A stretch of 64,000 bases of DNA, from the IMG/VR virus record IMGVR_UViG_3300044719_000048, positions 32,001-96,000 of that record. One strand, written 5' to 3'. Below, piece by piece: positions 55,356 to 63,301 of this stretch. This stretch comes from a virus (lineage: Duplodnaviria; Caudoviricetes). A program made the translations under genes and the position numbers. The stretch's first letter is position 1. Each line of letters begins with the position of its first letter. Under the pieces are notes generated by a model. The model was not told the origin of the DNA. It saw only the letters and a program-made list of their open reading frames with translations, and did no database searches.

Positions 55356-55643
55356 TTATTGGTCGAGGTACGTGTTAGGGCCGACGGTCGCGTGAGACGC
55401 AGCGTCGTCCTGAACCACTGCAGTGGGATCAGCCGTGGGCAAACTGATCCGGCAATCCATGCAGGTTTGGGTTTCGATGTTGGCAGCGACCATAGGCTGC
55501 ATCGGCTGCTTGCAGTCGGGGCACAGACCAGCGCCAGCGACTTCGGTGCTCATATCGATGCGGGCCTCTACCTTCTTCTTTGCGGTGACTGCCGAGGGTG
55601 CGTTATTGGTCTTCGGTGTAGACCACGCTTGCGGTAGCTTCAT
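55356..55643 (-). CDS. Small zinc-ribbon protein
   Basis: AAGGAG RBS before ATG 55643; CPDC..CMDC. Confidence 0.7.
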   Translation of the reverse strand: MKLPQAWSTPKTNNAPSAVTAKKKVEARIDMSTEVAGAGLCPDCKQPMQPMVAANIETQTCMDCRISLPTADPTAVVQDDAASHATVGPNTYLDQ

Positions 55644-55757
55644 TTGCTTCTCCTTTGTCATTGGATTGTTTTGGCTCAGGTGTACGCGGACAGTAGCATC
55701 CTCTAGTGCAGCCGCCTTCGCACAGACCTCGGTGTACTTCCAGTGTTTCATGGAACG

Positions 55758-56366
55758 TCATTTGCGAGCCCTCCGTAGCTCAAGGCACGATGTGGTTTCC
55801 ACCATCTCGATGATTTTCTCAGGTGTGTATTTCAGCTCGCGCTGCAAGGCATATTCCAGGCCGTAGATACCAATCAACACTGAATCCAGCTGGTGAGGCG
55901 TGGTCAGGCAGTCGGCGTACATGCCCTTCAGGTAGTCGTCACCCCAGCGGCGATTGAATGCCACTTTCCACTGAGAGGCCGGAATGTACTTGTACGGTAT
56001 GCGGCGCACCGCACCCAGTAGGGCATTCATAGTGGACACCAGTTCGATGGTAGGTCCACCATTGCCGCGTGTCTGGAACCGCTCGGCAATCGTCAGATTC
56101 GGATCGTACAGCTTGAACCACTGACGAACCTCAGCCGAGTACAGATTGCGCTGCGCCATGACCTCTGCCGTCAACGAGGTCATCGGATTGGTAAGCAAAG
56201 AGTTCGCCACCACATCGATCTTGTCACCGATGACCCCAATGCAGGCGATGCCGTAGTTGCGTGTTCCCGGATCAGCAGACAGAATGCGGTAGTCGTGTTT
56301 CCTGCTGCACGGCACCAGTTCGTATTCCTTGTTGGGCTTTCGCTCTTTGGTTTTTCGTTTGGCCAT
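55758..56366 (-). CDS. RuvC-like Holliday junction resolvase
   Basis: ILSADPGTRNYG; IAERFQ; PASQWK; HQLDS. Confidence 0.85.
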   Translation of the reverse strand: MAKRKTKERKPNKEYELVPCSRKHDYRILSADPGTRNYGIACIGVIGDKIDVVANSLLTNPMTSLTAEVMAQRNLYSAEVRQWFKLYDPNLTIAERFQTRGNGGPTIELVSTMNALLGAVRRIPYKYIPASQWKVAFNRRWGDDYLKGMYADCLTTPHQLDSVLIGIYGLEYALQRELKYTPEKIIEMVETTSCLELRRARK

Positions 56367-56394
56367 CTTCCACTCCTTTGCATGAAATTTGGTT

Positions 56395-58578
56395 TCAACG
56401 AAGACCAGGCCAACGCTGGGCGTGCCCTCCTGAACGACCTGCGTAGGCGGGCATAGGCATCCTTGCGCGATTGCCAGTGTCGCCGTACGTCCAGTTGCGA
56501 GCCTCTTGGAGGGCCTCCATCACTTTCGGATGATGCATCTTCGCCAGACCCAGTGCAAAAGCCCTGAAGATGTCATCGGTCATGTCGTCACCCTTGGTGG
56601 GGCAGCGCTGCTCTCCGACGTCTTTGACCGTGCTCATTTGGAGCATTAAGTGCTGGACTGGCTTGTTCACCATCTCCTGCTTATACGAAGCCACTCCGCC
56701 CTCGAGGATATGTTTCGCATCGACCTCGTTCACTGTCGGGAGCAAAACGTTACCTGCGGCCAGCATGGCGCGCACTGCCGCGAAGTCCTTGTAGGTGGGG
56801 CTGTGCTTAACGGCCTTGCATCGCGGCTTACCCAGCGGGTTCTTGCCCATGTCGTCCTGCGCACGGTTCAAAATGTCGATGGATTGCCACTGGTCAGCCA
56901 ACAGCGCAACAGCGTTGAGATCCTTCAACAAAGGCAAAATCACATAGAGATACAGCATATTGAAGTTGACCCTGCGGCCTTCTTGCGGCATGCACTCGAG
57001 AATGGTGGACACCACCGACTTATTCAAATCGAAGTCGTAGTGCATACCCGTGATGGTGAACGAGTTGTCGACCTGTCCGGCGTCGATGGACACCACCGAC
57101 GGCCACCTGAAGGTCCTGATCTTCTGGATCTTGCCGTAAATCAGGCCGGGCTGATCAAAGCAGTACTCGAAGTTGTGCGAGTTCTGCCCGTTCATGAAAG
57201 CCTTCACGAATCCAGAGGGTTGCAGATAGCGAGAGTGCACGGCTGGTGGGTTAGCACCATAGTCGCGCTCTGCCTTTTCCGCGTTCGCCGCGTAAGCCGC
57301 AACGATTGCAGGATGGTCCCGGTCGAAGTCCGGGTTGATGTCCCACGTTGCGAAGTTCGTACCCAAAATGGTCTGCGAACCTTCAGGAGTGCGTGAATGC
57401 CTCAACAGGCGCATCACCTTGTCGCGTAAGGAGAACGGCGACGACACCGACATAAGGAACGCTCCGGGCACCGAGGAATAGCCTTGCTTAAGTAGCTTAA
57501 GGCGAATGCCCTGCACCGTCAGCAAGCTGTTCATCAGTGACTTGTGCGCCTCGTCAGCATTAGCGCGCTCCGACTCCGTATCCTCCTCTTGATCGCCTTG
57601 CGGCAAAGGGAAAAGACCCAACTCGTCAAGACCCGCGCCGATTCGCGTGTCACCACGAAGGACCGAGCTACGAGGCCCCGTAGGATAGAAGTGCATGTTC
57701 TTGTGGTGGAACTTCATGTACATGGTACTGTTCCGATAGAGCTCCACCCCGTACTTCTCTTTCGAGTCGTCGAGGATCTTGAAGTACTCTTTCCACCACC
57801 GGGAGGCCTCTATGTGTTTCTTGAACGGAATCCACATGACACCTATGGCCTTACCCGTCGTCAGCGACACGAAGCTCATGGTCAGCTCCGTGGACGCCTG
57901 CATGGACTGAGGTGCTAGGGTCGGCAGGTTCGGGAACTTCATGTATTGGTGCGCGATGTACGGGGAGAAGCCACCGAACGCCGAGCTCGACTTACCCGAA
58001 CGCTGCCCCCACACGTTGACCAGCTCCATGTAGTTGCGCATGCCGTGATTCTTGATCAGGTCCCACTTGTGACGACCGCACTTGGGACACACTCCGTGCT
58101 CCAACAGAGTCACCAGCTTCGGGAACTCCATCGAGTTGAAAGCCTTCGGTATATTGGTGGGGTCCAGATACTTCTGCTTAGTGCACGCAGTGCAGATCTC
58201 GCCGTTCAGCAGCAGACCAACCAGCATCTGCTTGGCCCACGGCATGTTGGCATCTCGGCCAATGATGTTGGCCGAGTAGTCCCAGTAGTTCTTCGCGTGC
58301 GGAAGATCACGGTCGTCGATTCTCAGGTTCCGCATCGTCCCTGTGAGAGGATCTTCGGCCTGCGCCATCAGAGCCTTGATGTCGAAGTCGTCAGGAAGGA
58401 CAATCTCTTTGTCATCGGGAAGGATGATGGTCTCAGAGCGGCCGCGGTCAACGGCCTTCTTGGTCTTCCGCGCTAGGCGGTCAAGTTCCTCAAGCTGCTC
58501 AGGGGTCGTGAAGTCTGGAAACAGCTCATGAAGGGTCTGCAGCTTTTTTAACTTCTTTTGCTCTTTCTTGTCGCTCAT
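56395..58578 (-). CDS. Terminase large subunit
   Basis: GQRSGKS Walker A; LDELG Walker B; SSP coupling motif; RNase H-like SIDAG..DNSF; TDD. Confidence 0.88.
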   Translation of the reverse strand: MSDKKEQKKLKKLQTLHELFPDFTTPEQLEELDRLARKTKKAVDRGRSETIILPDDKEIVLPDDFDIKALMAQAEDPLTGTMRNLRIDDRDLPHAKNYWDYSANIIGRDANMPWAKQMLVGLLLNGEICTACTKQKYLDPTNIPKAFNSMEFPKLVTLLEHGVCPKCGRHKWDLIKNHGMRNYMELVNVWGQRSGKSSSAFGGFSPYIAHQYMKFPNLPTLAPQSMQASTELTMSFVSLTTGKAIGVMWIPFKKHIEASRWWKEYFKILDDSKEKYGVELYRNSTMYMKFHHKNMHFYPTGPRSSVLRGDTRIGAGLDELGLFPLPQGDQEEDTESERANADEAHKSLMNSLLTVQGIRLKLLKQGYSSVPGAFLMSVSSPFSLRDKVMRLLRHSRTPEGSQTILGTNFATWDINPDFDRDHPAIVAAYAANAEKAERDYGANPPAVHSRYLQPSGFVKAFMNGQNSHNFEYCFDQPGLIYGKIQKIRTFRWPSVVSIDAGQVDNSFTITGMHYDFDLNKSVVSTILECMPQEGRRVNFNMLYLYVILPLLKDLNAVALLADQWQSIDILNRAQDDMGKNPLGKPRCKAVKHSPTYKDFAAVRAMLAAGNVLLPTVNEVDAKHILEGGVASYKQEMVNKPVQHLMLQMSTVKDVGEQRCPTKGDDMTDDIFRAFALGLAKMHHPKVMEALQEARNWTYGDTGNRARMPMPAYAGRSGGHAQRWPGLR

Positions 58579-59152
58579 GCGGTACTCCTACTGGGATGAT
58601 CTGAGGAGGACGCGGCTTCATCGCCTGTAGTATCTCAGTGGCTTCTACCTTCGTCAGCCCCAAAGCGCGGGCGACAAAGCGGGCCATCTTGATGTCTACT
58701 GCAAGCGCCGTCATCCTCTCGAATTTCTCAAATTGAGTTCCGTCGACGTCTGACTTCACAAGACGTCTCACGACCTCTAAGGCTTGACTGGTGCCGGCAC
58801 CCACTGCCATCGTTATAGGAGCAATCTCCTGAAGAAAGAACTCGCGGACTTGGTCGATGTTGTACGCCAGCTCAGACGGCACCTGCTGCTTGTAGCTCTT
58901 CAGACGACGCTCGACCTCAGCGTCGATGTGCACCATCTGTTTGGGAACGAACACCTTCTTCTTGGCCTCGACCTCGTCCGCGAATGACCGGGACAGCCGG
59001 AAGAAGAACTGTGACTTGCGGACCGTCACCGGCTTAATTGGCTCAGGAACCGCCGTGGAGTACGCGATGTCGGTCAATGAGGCCAACATCGCATCCTCGT
59101 TGGCTAAGTCCTCGTCCGACACTGGTACTAGCGCGTTGGCCTCGTTTTTCAT
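58526..59152 (-). CDS. Hypothetical protein
   Basis: Coupled to the RecA-like gene; overlaps the terminase start. Confidence 0.65.
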   Translation of the reverse strand: MKNEANALVPVSDEDLANEDAMLASLTDIAYSTAVPEPIKPVTVRKSQFFFRLSRSFADEVEAKKKVFVPKQMVHIDAEVERRLKSYKQQVPSELAYNIDQVREFFLQEIAPITMAVGAGTSQALEVVRRLVKSDVDGTQFEKFERMTALAVDIKMARFVARALGLTKVEATEILQAMKPRPPQIIPVGVPHERQERAKEVKKAADPS

Positions 59153-60648
59153 TCGTCGTCGCCCTCGTCGTCTTCTTCGTCCTTGTCCTTCTTGCCTGCG
59201 TCCTTCGCACTCTGGTAGGCGACGTACAGCTCTTCGGCGACCCCCTTCTCCATCTGCTTGAAGCAGAAGGCCTTGAGCGACATCGGCTTGAAGCCCAGCT
59301 CCTTGGAGATCTGAGTCATCGTATCCTTGTCACCCAAAACCCACCGCTTGAGCGTCATCCAATCGACAGGCTTCTTGGCTTTGCCCAGTCCGTGCAGTTC
59401 CAACTTGAAGGCTTTGCGCTTACCACTGAGCTGGCCGGTCTCTTTCAAGAAGCAAATCACGTCGAAGACAGGATCAAGGCCGCGTGCTACGCCTGACGCA
59501 TCTTCGACCCAAATGCGGAAGAAGCACTCGCGGTTCGGTGTCCAGTGCTTGTTCTTGATGGCCTTGACGTGGACATAGCGGTAGGAGTCCTTGCCTTTGT
59601 ACTCGACCGATTTCTCCAGTTCGTTGAACGTGGTCTTGCAGGTCTCTTGGACCTTGAACGGAGCAGCAGACAGAGCACGCGAGGTCTGACGGATACGCAC
59701 GTCCGAGAACTGCTGGAGGGCCTTGCCGCCTTTCTCGGATACTTTGGGTCCGAACATCGCCATCGGATTGTCGCGCAGGTGATTCAGGCCGTAGACCAGA
59801 ATCATCTTCTGGAGCATGCGGCCCTTGATGCGCTCCAACTGCTTCGAGAACGCGGAGGCCTTGACCGACAGCTGATTGCCGATGTCTTCCTCGTCCTTGG
59901 CGGCAGGGTTCATAGCCGTGTAGGAGTCGAGAACGATGATGCCTTGGGGGTTGCCGTCAGGCGCTTCAACCCACAGGCCGCCTCCGTACTTCTTGGTCAT
60001 GGCTGCATCTACTTCATCGCCGACACGCGCCTTGTTCTTCTTGTTGTCCTCGAAGACATACCACCACTTGTTCATGAGGAACCGCTTGTCCGGCAGCTCG
60101 CGCAGAATAGCGGCCAGCCATTCGTAGAAATGCTCCAGGATGGCCATGTTGATGTAGCGGACGCGGGGTTCGATTTCCCAGCCACCTTCCTTCGATTCCT
60201 TGCCGAAGATCTCGTTCATCTTGAGCTTGATGCCTTGCCCCTTGAAGATCTCGTGCACGTAGCGCTTTGCCGCTTTGGTTGAACCCTCATAGTCGACCAT
60301 CGCTAGGAAGGGTACGCCACGTTTGACCGCTGCCGCGAGACCAGTCAGGGCCAGCGTAGTCTTCGCGCACTGTTCCTCCGCCGCCGCCGTCAGCATGCCC
60401 GGACGCATACCGCCACCAAGAATGAGGTCTACCATCAACAGACCCGACGACACAGGTGGCGATACGTCGAGGCCAGATGCCACGATGCCTTGTCGCTTAG
60501 CAACCTCGTTGAGAGTGCCGTGAATCAGGGCATTGACATCGAACCCCATCTTCTTTTTCTTGGGCTCTTCGTCCTTGACCAGCTTGGCTGCCTTCGCATT
60601 CTTCGCCTGCTTGGGAGCCGCCTTTGCTGCCTTCTCTTTCTTTGCCAT
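59149..60648 (-). CDS. RecA/UvsX-like recombinase
   Basis: SSGLLMVDLILGGG; variant P-loop AAEEQCAKTT; VDYE; IVLDS; NHLR..MFG..GGKALQQFSDVRI. Confidence 0.88.
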   Translation of the reverse strand: MAKKEKAAKAAPKQAKNAKAAKLVKDEEPKKKKMGFDVNALIHGTLNEVAKRQGIVASGLDVSPPVSSGLLMVDLILGGGMRPGMLTAAAEEQCAKTTLALTGLAAAVKRGVPFLAMVDYEGSTKAAKRYVHEIFKGQGIKLKMNEIFGKESKEGGWEIEPRVRYINMAILEHFYEWLAAILRELPDKRFLMNKWWYVFEDNKKNKARVGDEVDAAMTKKYGGGLWVEAPDGNPQGIIVLDSYTAMNPAAKDEEDIGNQLSVKASAFSKQLERIKGRMLQKMILVYGLNHLRDNPMAMFGPKVSEKGGKALQQFSDVRIRQTSRALSAAPFKVQETCKTTFNELEKSVEYKGKDSYRYVHVKAIKNKHWTPNRECFFRIWVEDASGVARGLDPVFDVICFLKETGQLSGKRKAFKLELHGLGKAKKPVDWMTLKRWVLGDKDTMTQISKELGFKPMSLKAFCFKQMEKGVAEELYVAYQSAKDAGKKDKDEEDDEGDDE

Positions 60649-60668
60649 ATGATCCTCATGTGGAAAAC

Positions 60669-60704
60669 GAAAACCCGACCGAGCTCTCACAGCCGGGCCG
60701 GGTT
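60669..60704 (-). terminator. Probable terminator after the SSB-like gene
   Basis: AACCCGG...CGGGTT stem followed by TTCGTTTT on the - strand. Confidence 0.6.
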
Positions 60705-60713
60705 GAGTACTAA

Positions 60714-62330
60714 TTACTTCTTGGACTTCTTGCCCTTACCGGACTTCTTGGACTTCTTGGGTTCGTCGTCCTCATCGTCATCGTCGAAGTCATCATCGTC
60801 TTCGTCGTCATCGTCCGACTTGGACTTCTTGCCCTTACCGGACTTCTTGGACTTGGATTTCGGCTCATCCTCTTCGTCATCATCGAAGTCGTCATTTTCA
60901 TCGTCGTCTTCGTCGTTCTTCGATTTGCCCTTCTTGCCCTTGGCAGGCTTCTTGGGTTCGTCATCCTCGTCGTCGAAGTCGTCATCCTCGTCGTCCTCGT
61001 CGTCTTCATCCGAGTCGTCGTCATCGTCGTCCGACTTGGATTTACCCTTCTTTCCCTTGGTCGACTTCTTGGACTTCGACTTGGGTTCATCATCTTCCTC
61101 GTCGTCATCCTCGTCGTCATCCTCGTCATCGTCTTCGTCGTCCGACTTGGACTTCTTACCCTTCTTGCTCTTGGCACCTTTCTTGGACTTGGGTTCGTCT
61201 TCGTCATCATCGAAGTCGTCATCCTCGTCGTCGTCCGAGTCGTCTTCCTCGTCTTCATCCGACTTGGACTTCTTGCCGCCTTTCTTGGACTTCTTCGACT
61301 TGGGCTCATCGTCCTCGTCATCCTCGTCATCCTCGTCATCCTCGTCATCCTCGTCATCCTCGTCATCCTCGTCATCCTCGTCATCCTCGTCCTCGTCGTC
61401 CGACTTGGATTTGCCCTTCTTGGCCGACTTCTTGTTCTTGCCTTTCTTGGACTTCGGTTCGTCCTCGTCGTCTTCATCATCGTCGCCGTCATCGTCAGGC
61501 AGGTCTTCGTCGTCCTCGTCTTCATCCTTGGACTTCTTCTTGCCTTTGGCGCCCTTGACCTTGACGCCGTTGCGGGACGCCCACGACTCGAAGTCACGCT
61601 TGATCTCGGCTTCCGGGATTTCGTCCTCGAGCTCCGACAGGTCCCAGATCAGGTATTCCTTCTGCTCATCCGTCAGCGGCGTACGTTTGTCGCCCATGAC
61701 GACCTGGTATTGGTCGGCTGGTGCTTTGGTCGAGTCGTACTTGATGCGGACATCGCGGCCGTACTTCTCGTGCGTCAGCGGGAATGCCTTGGTCTGGCCG
61801 TTCACTTCCTTGGTGTTCAGCTGGCCTTGCTCCTTCAGCTTGTTCAGCGCAGCAGTGCCGAGAGGGAATGCGAACACAGGCGTCCACGAATCGCTGTCTT
61901 TGTCCTTGAAGTGGGTCTTCAGTTCCTTCTTTGTGGCTGAGACTTTGCGCGGTTTGTCCTTTTCGGCCGAACGCACGATGCCGTTGATGTAGCCTTTCTT
62001 GGCGAAACGAACCAGCCGCTTGTCTTGCGGGACTTCGTCGGCGATCTGCTGGGCCTCCAGGTCACGCCACGGGTCGTACTTGCTGCTGTCGCGTTGCTGC
62101 GTGTTCGGGTCGTACGACGGGCACGGCGTGTAGAACGTCGTCATCTTGCCGTCCTTCTTCTTGGTCTTGACCCAGTAGCCAGCGTACGTGTAGATCGGGC
62201 CGAACAGGCGCGCCTGCAGCCACTTGCCTTCAGGGAACTTCACCATTGTGACCTTGTCGGCGATCTTCGGCCGCTTACCATTGCCACCGTCGGCGATGTC
62301 GTCGAGGTCGGTGCCCTTTTGCTTTGCCAT
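60714..62330 (-). CDS. Putative ssDNA-binding (gp32-like) protein with a ~280-aa D/E-K block tail
   Basis: Aromatic-rich N-domain with YGRDVRIKY..YQV; adjacent to the RecA-like gene; AAGGAG RBS. Confidence 0.6.
   Translation of the reverse strand: MAKQKGTDLDDIADGGNGKRPKIADKVTMVKFPEGKWLQARLFGPIYTYAGYWVKTKKKDGKMTTFYTPCPSYDPNTQQRDSSKYDPWRDLEAQQIADEVPQDKRLVRFAKKGYINGIVRSAEKDKPRKVSATKKELKTHFKDKDSDSWTPVFAFPLGTAALNKLKEQGQLNTKEVNGQTKAFPLTHEKYGRDVRIKYDSTKAPADQYQVVMGDKRTPLTDEQKEYLIWDLSELEDEIPEAEIKRDFESWASRNGVKVKGAKGKKKSKDEDEDDEDLPDDDGDDDEDDEDEPKSKKGKNKKSAKKGKSKSDDEDEDDEDDEDDEDDEDDEDDEDDEDDEDDEPKSKKSKKGGKKSKSDEDEEDDSDDDEDDDFDDDEDEPKSKKGAKSKKGKKSKSDDEDDDEDDDEDDDEEDDEPKSKSKKSTKGKKGKSKSDDDDDDSDEDDEDDEDDDFDDEDDEPKKPAKGKKGKSKNDEDDDENDDFDDDEEDEPKSKSKKSGKGKKSKSDDDDEDDDDFDDDDEDDEPKKSKKSGKGKKSKK
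61312..61383. repeat. Perfect 9-bp tandem repeat (TCCTCGTCA)x8
   Basis: Read directly; encodes (DED)n on the - strand. Confidence 0.95.
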
Positions 62331-62377
62331 CTACTACTCCTTGTTGTTGATGAAATGAATGTTTGCCACAGCGATTC

Positions 62378-62385
62378 TATTTACT
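62378..62385 (-). promoter_or_regulatory. Putative phage promoter AGTAAATA
   Basis: Recurrent motif upstream of the SSB-like/RecA-like unit. Confidence 0.65.
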
Positions 62386-62550
62386 AGTTGCTTAAGAGAT
62401 ACGCAACCGATGCGGACCAAACTACGAGGGCTATGGCCCATAGTGCGCCACGCAACACGAGCGCGAGATGGCCGGTCTTGTGTGCTCGGTACAACAAATG
62501 CAGGAAAGGTGCGAGCAACAGCGCCAAGCCTGCGTAGTGCGAAACGGTCT

Positions 62551-62931
62551 TCATGGTTTAACCGCCGATCCGTAGCCTTCGCTGCCATCAGCAGCTATGA
62601 CGTAGATACGATGCACTGGCAGTATCCTCTGATCCGGATTATAGATGCCGTCAGTGAACATATCCATGCCCATAAGGGCACCAAAGTGGCCTGCCATCAC
62701 GGCCTCGTGCTGCGGGACTGGGTCGAAGAGGAGAAGCAGATCATCGTCGTGCACGAGTGCATTGTACGCCCGAATGTCCAACAGTACGTACGCAGTGTCA
62801 CGCTTGTCGCGCGGCAGCTTGTTGCGCAACGCCGATACCAATTCGCTATTCAGCGTGACTGGGACGGTAGAGACCTCAGAGTTGCAGTGGGACTCTAGCT
62901 TGGCTTTGATCTCTTCAGGACTGTACTGCAT
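62551..62931 (-). CDS. Hypothetical protein resembling part of an HK97-fold major capsid protein
   Basis: AAGGAG RBS; FDPVPQHEAVMAGHFGALMGMDMFTD..ILP..IYVI. Confidence 0.55.
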   Translation of the reverse strand: MQYSPEEIKAKLESHCNSEVSTVPVTLNSELVSALRNKLPRDKRDTAYVLLDIRAYNALVHDDDLLLLFDPVPQHEAVMAGHFGALMGMDMFTDGIYNPDQRILPVHRIYVIAADGSEGYGSAVKP

Positions 62932-63301
62932 TGGATTCTCCTTGTTTGGTAGGGCGAACAGAGTCGCATTCGATTGTCAACGTCAGATTTTTGATGACCT
63001 CGATGAGACGATGTTTAGCCCCTTGGTCTGCGCAAGCCAATGCCGTCTCGTTCAGCACCATCAGCGTCGTCTGAATAACGCCTTTGTATTGGGCTGACCG
63101 CTCGGCATCGCGCTCCTGCAGATGCTCAACGACCTTGGAAAACAGCTCATCGCGTATCTCCTGAGGCAGCTTGTCGCGCATGAGCACTGCGTTGGAAGCC
63201 TCTGACTGTCGACAGCGCATCGTCAGATCGGAGACCTGCGAGCGTAGGGCTGCTATGGTCAGCAGGAGCCCTCGGTCGGGTTGGTTAGGCTGGATCTTCA
63301 C
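62915..63301 (-). CDS. Hypothetical helical protein
   Basis: GAGGAG RBS; GTG start. Confidence 0.6.
   Translation of the reverse strand: MKIQPNQPDRGLLLTIAALRSQVSDLTMRCRQSEASNAVLMRDKLPQEIRDELFSKVVEHLQERDAERSAQYKGVIQTTLMVLNETALACADQGAKHRLIEVIKNLTLTIECDSVRPTKQGESNAVQS

Noticed and set aside
61312-61383. Tandem repeat as a CRISPR array or iteron set
   Set aside because: 9-bp units with no spacers, in frame within a coding region.
60490-61992. 500-aa Ser-rich + strand ORF, and the 295-aa Thr/Arg/Met-rich - strand ORF at 60710-61597
   Set aside because: These are antisense and alternate-frame shadows of the low-complexity Asp/Glu/Lys gene; no RBS.
62405-62550. Hammerhead ribozyme, suggested by CGAAAC..GTC
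   Set aside because: The required CUGANGA core is absent.
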